NCBI GenBank assembly: GCA_951406725.2
Contig: OX597827.1
Span: 8,246,001 to 8,310,000 of the forward strand
Source of the DNA: Octopus vulgaris
Lineage: Eukaryota
Length of the DNA: 64,000 nt
Reading direction: 5' to 3'
Shown here: in pieces, positions 55,687-64,000 of the stretch
Position numbering within the stretch: the stretch's first letter is position 1
How the letters are laid out: every line of letters starts with the position of its first letter
Position numbers and translations under genes: made by a program
The notes under the pieces: generated by a model
The model's input: the letters and a program-made list of their open reading frames with translations, nothing else
What the model was told of the DNA's origin: nothing
Database searches by the model: none

Positions 55687-58600
55687 TCAGAAAATGATAT
55701 TCTATCAGCCACTTTATCTATATAAAAAGAACTCTAATTGTCTCTTTCTTAGATGTCCATAATAAAAGCTGCACCAAGAAGAGAGTCAGTCACTGTTCAT
55801 TCACATATTCACTTGTCTTAAATAACAAGACACATTCAGCCGAATTAAAAAATTAATCCATTGCAAGGCCTATTCTACAAGATGTTGCAACACATATTTT
55901 ACTTGTATATTCCATGGCAACATTTTCTTTTCCATTTGCACTACATGTTTACCCAAAGAGGAGGCTTTTAATTCATAAACATGCGTTTAATACCGTTTTC
56001 TATATAACACATGCATCATACCATAAATAAATCTATTTACACAACACATGAATTATTCAAGTGACTTGTAAACATACGATCATATACATAATATTTTTTT
56101 GCTATGGATTTATATAAACCCTTCTTTTATTAATGTTGTACACTGAAACTTGTCAATTACTGATGCATGCATTACTATCCAAACACATGTGCTATTTTTC
56201 ACTGTATGCATTGCTGTTCATTTTCAAACATGTATTTCACTATCTTTGAAAGGACATGTGATATTTGACTACTTCAAATTCTAGTGCCACTTAGATCAGA
56301 AAAAAAAATAATACTTGGAAAATAAAAGAAAATTTATATAAGTTACTTAATTGGTACTATTCTCTGCTTATCCCATGTTTTTCCCATATGCATGCATAAA
56401 CATACACATATATATACACACTAATACACAGTCGTACACATACGCAGACACATATGTTACTTGCCAAAATCATATAATTATCCCTAAAATAGGTTCCATA
56501 AGGAAATATTGATCATTATTGTAGGCAACTAACTTACTGTGTAATTCGCAAGTGTTTCGTTAGCCTTCAATGCTAAGTTCAAAACTTCCCATAAGCAAAA
56601 CCTAGGTTACAAACATCAAACCTGCATTTACATAGAAGCAAAAGATTTTAGTAGAATTCTAACAGAAGCTGATGAAGGGATATGGGAAGCAATTAAAGAC
56701 ATTTAGGCTTTAAGTGGGAAGCTAAAATGCTATGTAAGTGGCAGATTGTCTGAGATTTCCAATAGTGCTTAGACGAAAAGATGAAAGCATTAAGAAGAAT
56801 ATTAATGCATTAGTATGGGATTAAATAATATGTAGCAAGCGAGTTACAGGGGAAAAATGGTTCTGAAAGTAATTTCTAGTGGAGTGATTTTGTACATAAT
56901 ATATTACTGTTGAAAATCAGATGTACAAATGTATTAGCATTAGTTTTGAAAGAGAAATTGTGATAAAAAAAAAAAACCCCAACTAAGATTAAACATCAAT
57001 AAATTGTATTGGGGCAGACTTCACTTTCCCTTTCTCTGTAAAAGACAGATTTTCTCATTATTGTGGTAGTTACTTACTGCAAGGCAGACAGGATTACTGA
57101 AAGTTAAGTACTCTGCTCATAGATGTTGTGCACTGCCAGTGACAAGATACAACTGTGGACACTTCAGATTGTAGGCCAACAACCATTTCAGCTCATTAAG
57201 CTACACAAATAAGTTGGTAGGTATCTATGCATACTGGTATATTTTTCATACTGGCTTTTATGTATCTACAATAATGTGTAAATCATTCTATCATCTGACA
57301 TAAAAAAAAGAAGAAAACTGGAATGTAAAAATCGAGTAATGCAACTATCTCGCATAAGATATTAAAACCTTAGAATATTAGCTAAATATAAAGCAAATGT
57401 TTAATATACAGATTTTACATCTTAGTAATAAACATATGTACAGCAGAGCTAAACTACTTCTCGATGGAAGCTTCTAAGTGGCTGTTCAAATTGCTAGAAG
57501 ATACAAACAACTTCCCTCAAATTACATCTATTTTGAACAAAGCTGTACACAGTGGATAATGTTGTCCTTGATACTCTGAACCTTAAAATTATATGACCAT
57601 GGTCAAAATACCGTTGACCAGAGACCAGCTGAATTAGTGAAGATTTATAGTCAAGTAGTTAGAAGGATACACCAAAGTCCATTGCGTCCCCAAAGTTCAT
57701 CCCCTCCTCACCGTAGTGGGGACGCTGGCAATGGGTAGTGTCAGAGCTATGCCGTCAGACTGGTGGTGGTGAAGTTAGGTACAGTGCTAGCAGTTTTGAG
57801 GTATGGGGGAAGTCAATTACAACAACCCCAGTACTTCACTAGTATGTTGTTTTTACCAACCCAAAAATAAGGAAAGATTGTTCAAAGGCCAAATTAAACT
57901 TTGTGGGTTTGATCTCAGAAGGCTAAGGGCTGTAACTAAACACTGCAAGGAATTTTTGTCTAATTCTCTGATGATTCTGCCAATAGCCCTACATTATAAT
58001 AATACAATAATAATGGTTTCTTTTATTCTTTACTTTTAATGGAAACATTTTATTTCTAGATATTTTAACATGAATGAATCAGACATTACAAATAATGTTT
58101 GTGGTGTATATTATAGCAAGAAAAACATAATTGAACTAAGTAATATACAGGGTTGGCTGAAGGTTAAATCTACAGAGTAGATATCAAATAGTTAAGGGAT
58201 GGGATAAGATGGGAATCTAAGGTCTGTGCTGAGTCAGAAATTTATCTCAAATTTAATTAAATCTTAGTGAATACAACAGTACAAAATGTTTCACAGCTGT
58301 AGTCAGCAATGAAATTATAACAATTGGGAGTGTTTCAATAATTGCATTATTTTCATTTCATTTCAGACAGTAAAAGTTGCATTTCAGAAATAAAAGATCT
58401 CTTGGGACATATCTTTAAATTAGCCATGCTGTTCATCCATTGGTAAATGACATCTGTGACACAAAATTCAAATAATAAACTTAGTTGTCATACAAAAGGC
58501 GACTAAAATGAAGCAAAGATTTACAGAAAACAGGTGGACTTGTGCAGTTGTCAAGTGGTATCCGAAAGATTCGAATAGGGTACTTGGAAAGCCTCAACAA

Positions 58601-58717
58601 TAGTAGGAAGATGATTTAACATGGGTCAAGGGGGAAAAGAATAGCACAAACAAGACAGAATTGGATGCACATTGTGACCAGTGGTAGTTAACAGCTTCTG
58701 ATGGTCTGGTCAATACT

Positions 58718-58759
<42 letters not shown>

Positions 58760-58760
<1 letters not shown>

Positions 58761-59028
58761 CCAGCGCCACCTCGACTGGCTTCTGTGCCAGTGGCATGTA
58801 AAAAGCACCAACCGATCGTGGGCGCTACCAGACTCCCCTGGTACCTGTACCGGTGGCACGTAAAAAGCATCTACTACACTCATGGAGTGGTTGGTGTTAG
58901 GAAGGGCATCCAGCCGTAGAAACACTGCCAGATCAGACTGGAGCCTGGTGCAGCATCTGGCTTTCCAGACCCCCGGTCAAACTGTCCAACCCGTGCTAGT
59001 GCGGAAAACGGACGTTAAACGATGATGA

Positions 59029-59030
<2 letters not shown>
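58760..59030 (+). mobile_element. Family D element (RTE-like 3' end, GAT tail)
   Basis: GTGGCACGTAAAAAGCA...GGAAGGGCATCCAGCCGTAGAAAC...GGACGTTAAACGATGATG; further copies at 60352 and 62882. Confidence 0.85.
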
Positions 59031-59089
<59 letters not shown>

Positions 59090-59451
59090 TATATATATAC
59101 ATACAAATACATATATACATAGTTAGATAGATAGATTGTGACACAGAGATACATGCACATACACACATGTCCCCACTCTTACATACAGTATATATATGAA
59201 CATACTTATATGTATATGCTTATATATAATCTGATTGCATTTTTGTATGTGTATATACATGAGCAAACTAATGGAAATATCGCTTTTTATTTAATTATAT
59301 TTTTCTATAGGCAACATAACAAATTCAAAACTGTTATATTTCATGTGTGTGTGTTCATATGCATTATGTACACCTTGTACTTCATGATATACCCCCAAGT
59401 TTTTATTTTGGGCAGATATTTATATTTAAATAAATTGAAGTGCATCTTTTT

Positions 59452-59735
59452 TTCCAAAGAGGACAAATCATTGAACTGCAGATGGCTAGTGTTTCAGTCA
59501 CTAAAACTGCAGAATTATTTGAGATATTGCAAAGTACAGTCTTTAAAACCATGTTGACATTCTAAAAGCAAAAGTAAATTCAGCTCTGGCAAGCATAATA
59601 CTGGATGGTGGGCAAAGCCCACAGAAAGGGATTGAGTAAGGGTGAAACATTATCTCTAAGACCTACTGAACAATGGCAACAAAAATGACTACAGAAGTAA
59701 GCCACAACCTTGCTAACCCTGTATCAACAAAACCA
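59452..59735 (+). mobile_element. Tc1 transposase N-terminal (HTH) relic
   Basis: FQRGQIIELQMASVSVTKTAELFEILQSTVFK...HNLANPVSTK, with stops and frameshifts. Confidence 0.65.
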
Positions 59736-59757
59736 TTTATTGTACATGTAATGAAGA

Positions 59758-60000
59758 CACGTGGCTTAGTGGTTAGGGTAATAAACTCACTTTATTTCAC
59801 ATTACTCCAGTCCACTCAGCTGGCAAAAATGTGTTGTATCTGTGATTTAAAGGGCCAGGCTTGTCACATTCTGTGTCACGCTGAATTGGATTAAGGGTAT
59901 GCATGTCTGTGGAGTACTCAGCCACTTGCACATTAACTTCACAAGCAAGCTGTTCCATTGATTAAATTAACTGAAACCCTCATTGCCCTAACCAGTTGGG
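59758..60000 (+). mobile_element. Older SINE sharing the type-1 tail of family C
   Basis: GTGGCTTAGTGGTTAGGG start; TGTGTCACGCTGAAT...TTAAGGGTA...GTCTGTGGAG...CTCAGCCACTT as at 49470-49590. Confidence 0.72.
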
Positions 60001-60351
60001 TGCCAGTATATGTATTGTACATGTATTTGACATTATTCTATTTACTTGGCTCTATTTAATTAATCCCAGCTTGACCAAGTTTAGTGCATGCCAGCAAAAT
60101 TACTGTTTGCTGTTGTATTATATAAGAACTATTGTTCTGACAGAGGACTGAATGACAAGTTCGGTATTCATGACTGATGAGGCATATCAACACAGAAACG
60201 CATGTGTCCTATGATTCACAAATGCAGTTTATAGTCCAGTGAGTTTTCACATATGTTGTTTATGAGGGAAAATTACTCCTGAGACTATTTTCTGCAGTAA
60301 AAGGTCTTCCCTCATTTGAGGGTACATGGATGTGTTAAAAAAGTTATTCTA

Positions 60352-60548
60352 CACACCTGTGCCAGTGGCACGTAAAAAGCACCCACTACACTCACGGAGT
60401 GGTTGGCATTGGAAAGGGTATCCAGCCGTAGAAACATTGCCAGATCAGACTGGGCCTGGTGCAGCCTTCTGGCTTCCCAGACCCCAGTTGAACCGTCCAA
60501 CCCATGGTAGCGTGGAGGGCGGACGTTGAATGATGATGATGATGATGA
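60352..60548 (+). mobile_element. Family D 3' fragment
   Basis: Matches 58850-59030. Confidence 0.85.
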
Positions 60549-60763
60549 CACACACACATACACACACACACATTCATATACATGCACAGGCAAAGCCATG
60601 TAGTTTAGATGTATGCTTTGCAACCACAGTGTTCTAGTTACCATCACAGTGCAGGAAATCTTGGGCAAGTATCTTCTCTTGGCAGTCTCAGATAGATGAA
60701 TACAATGAGAGAGAAATATGATTGATGAAAATAGAAGCATGTGTATGTGTGCAAGGTCTGCAA

Positions 60764-60995
60764 GGTGGTGAGCTGGCAGAAACATTAGCACGCCGGGCGA
60801 AATGCTTAGCGGTATTTCTTCTGCGTTACATTCTGAGTTCAAATTCCGCCGAGGTCGACTTTGCCTTTCATCCTTTCGGGGTCGATAAATTAAGTACCAG
60901 TTACAAACTGGGGTCGATGTAATCGACTTAATACCTATGTCTGTCCTTGTTTGTTCCCTCTGTGTTTAGCCCCTTGTGGGTAGTAAAGAAATAGG
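60764..60995 (+). mobile_element. SINE family B
   Basis: Complete from head to AAAGAAATAGG tail. Confidence 0.92.
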
Positions 60996-61279
60996 TGTGT
61001 GTGTTTTCCTGTAGCAGTATAGACATGGGCAGTGGGCTGTGGCTCTCTGTGTCAAGGTGGTAGAACTTGGTCATTCAGGAGCCGGAGATCATAAAAAAAA
61101 GGTGGCTGAGGAAGGGTGAATAAATTATGATCAACCAAAGAACTTAGTCCTCTGCCATTGCCATTGTCCAATGGCTGAAACCAGAAAAATTTTTAAGCAA
61201 ATCTGTCATTACTGTCATACTCTGTTGGTGCCTATATTCTACAAACGAGACAAGCAGTAATGAATTTACAGAGCTAGTA

Positions 61280-61540
61280 TTGGTGGTGGTGGTGGTGGTG
61301 TTTGGTGGTGGTGGTGGTGGTGGTGTTTGGTGGTGGTGGTGGTGGTGGTGGTGTTTGGTGGTGGTGGTGGTGGTGGTTGTGGTGTGTTGGTGGTGGTGGT
61401 GGTGGTGGTGGTGGTGGTGTTTGGTGGTAGTGGTGGTGGTGCTTGGTGGTGGTGGTAGTAGTAGTATAAGTAGTAGTAGTAGTAATAGTAGTAGTAGTAG
61501 TAATGGTGGTGGTGGTTGTGGTGGTTGTGGTTGTGGTGGG
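61280..61540. repeat. (GGT)n/(AGT)n microsatellite
   Basis: Read directly. Confidence 0.95.
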
Positions 61541-62463
61541 GATGTCAGTAGGCATGGTAGTACTAAAAGATTGACAAGAATTATAATGGCAGCGACAATG
61601 CTTTTATTAACACTTACAGTAGCATCAACTGTTGGTCTAATTTAGATTTTTACATTTGCAATAAGGATGCAAATAATTGCCTGTTAGGCTGCAGAAACAG
61701 CTGGCTGAATGATGGAGACATTTCATAGATGAAGAGATGAAATAAATACAAAAAAAATATCTCAATAGAATCTTCTTGTCAATGTGTTTCACTTGAAAAC
61801 CATGGAACCATTTTGGTAAATTGATGCAATACAAAGAAATCTTGTTGGATTCAATCGTTTCCTCCCTTGGAAATAATCTTTTAAAATATCATTCTTTATA
61901 TAAATACATGCTCGTACAGACAGGCAGACACACACACACACACACACATACACACACACTCATGTATGTGTGTAAATACATGCACACACGTACGTTTATA
62001 TATGTACATTTAGATACAGTTAATCAAAAGACTAGGAAATCTACAAATTCCGATAAAGAACTGAATGTGTGAGGCATATGGAGTATGAGAAGCAAATTAT
62101 GCATACATGTACATATATCACACACACACACTCACACACACACATGCACCTACACACTCACACATGTAAATATATATATATATATATATACACACACATG
62201 CGCATGTGTGTATGTATATATATGTGGAGAGAGAGAGTAAGAAAGAGGCAGATAGACAGAGAGATATTGATATATTCATATACATATAAATATATGTATC
62301 TACATATACATACATACATACACACACACATATATATATATATTTATACTTATATACATATATATCTAAATATTCATATATATATATGTGTGTATATGTA
62401 TATGTATACATGTATTTACGCATCTATGTATAAATATATATACATACATATATACATACATAC

Positions 62464-62508
<45 letters not shown>

Positions 62509-62881
62509 CTCGCATACATACGTACGTATATATATATATATATTTAATCACACATGTACGGCTAAGGATTGGCAGAAATCATCTGAGCATTGTACAAAAT
62601 GCTTTACTGTATATATTGTTTTCTTTTTTTTTTTTTTACAGTTTGTATTCAAGTTTACATTCTATAGGGAGACTGAAGAGCTTCCTGAAGATCAGGGCTG
62701 GTTTGTAGGTGCAATATTTGTAGGTAGGAGAAAGAATATTATCAAGACCATTGGCTTTACTGGTTGGGAGTGCCTACAAATGCATTCATACTAGGTACGT
62801 ATGTGATGTGATATGATGCAACTGTTGGAATGAAAGAAGGTAATTTGGAAGGAAATTTACCTAGTTTTATTAATGTGCAAT

Positions 62882-63360
62882 CCTCCTCATCATCATCGTT
62901 TAACATCCGCTTTTCATGCTAGCATGGGTTGGACGATTTGACTGAGGACTGGTGAACCAGATGGCTGCACCAGTCTCCAATCTCGATCTGGCAGAGTTTC
63001 TACAGATGGATGCCCTTCCTAATGCCAACCACTCCGAGAGTGTAGCGGATGCTTTTACATGCCACCAGATGAGGGCCAGTCAGGTGGTACTGGCAATGGT
63101 GGCGAGCTGGCAGAAACGTTAGCACGCCGGGCGAAATGCGTAGCCGTATTTCGTCTGTCGTTACGTTCTGAGTTCAAATTCCTCCGAGGTCGACTTTGCC
63201 TTTCATCCTTTCGGGGTCGATAAATTAAGTACCAGTTACGCACTGGGGTCGATGTAATCGACTTAATCCCTTTGTCTGTCCTTGTTTGTCTTCTCTGTGT
63301 TTAGCCCCTTGTGGGTAGTAAAGAAATAGGTACTGGCAATGGCCATGCTCAAATGGTGCT
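62882..63360 (-). mobile_element. Family D element interrupted by a SINE B
   Basis: (CAT)n tail at 62887 and D body to ~63097; D resumes briefly after 63342. Confidence 0.8.
63098..63330 (+). mobile_element. SINE family B with a perfect 14-bp TSD
   Basis: GGTACTGGCAATGG at 63086-63099 and 63329-63342. Confidence 0.93.
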
Positions 63361-63865
63361 TTGTTAAATACAAAGTTGGTAGGAAATGTAAAGGTAAGGA
63401 ATGAGAGTATAAGATGAGCTGATGCACAGAATTGAAGAATACGAAAGATTCTATTTCTGTACCAGCTGAATTTATATGAAATGAGAGTGTGTCTACCAAA
63501 AAGAATTTCAAACATTGTTGTTACTGAAGATATTGACTTCACAGATGGGTGAAGTAAGATAGAGGTCCTCACTGGAAGTGATTTGAGGAACTTGGAGAAT
63601 GGTAGGAGTAGCAGATGTATTCGACGAAATGTGGGAGAGAGTCAAGGTGGTGAGCTCGCAGAATTATTAGCATGCCAGGCAAAATGCTTGGTGGCATTTT
63701 GTCCATCTTTACATTCTGAATTCAAATTCCACTGAAGGCAAATTTGCCTTCCATACTTTTAGGGTTGATAAGTGACAGTTGAGAACTGGGGTCAACATAA
63801 CTGACTTACTCCTTACCTGAAATTGCTGACCTTGTACCAGAATTTGGAACCAATATTTCTGTCTG

Positions 63866-63907
<42 letters not shown>

Positions 63908-64000
63908 GCTATCACCACTCTTTCCTCTTTCTCACATTACTCTTCTATCATTTATTATTAACATCCATCATCCTCTCTCACCCATCATTTTCCCATTTTC

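Overview
AT-rich eukaryotic non-coding DNA, intronic or intergenic. The tRNA-derived SINE families and extreme microsatellite density point to an octopus or other coleoid cephalopod; this is inferred from repeat content only. No ORF in the supplied track looks like a real protein: they are microsatellite or SINE read-throughs. The window holds at least four SINE-type families, decayed mariner, Tc1, RTE, R4/Dong-type and Penelope-like relics, piggyBac- and mariner-type MITEs, and a non-autonomous Helitron. The most interesting signal is a set of type-I hammerhead ribozyme motifs with palindromic stem III (14739, 19825, 20441, 53105; decayed at 52574, 60168 and possibly 45346), mostly lodged in microsatellites. 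One sits in a ~720-bp head-to-head palindrome of a unit built as tRNA-like head + (TAA)n + hammerhead. Also notable: a 7-unit tandem SINE array inside a mariner terminal repeat, and weak evidence for minus-strand 5' exons near 23.9-25.1 kb and 34.6-35.2 kb.
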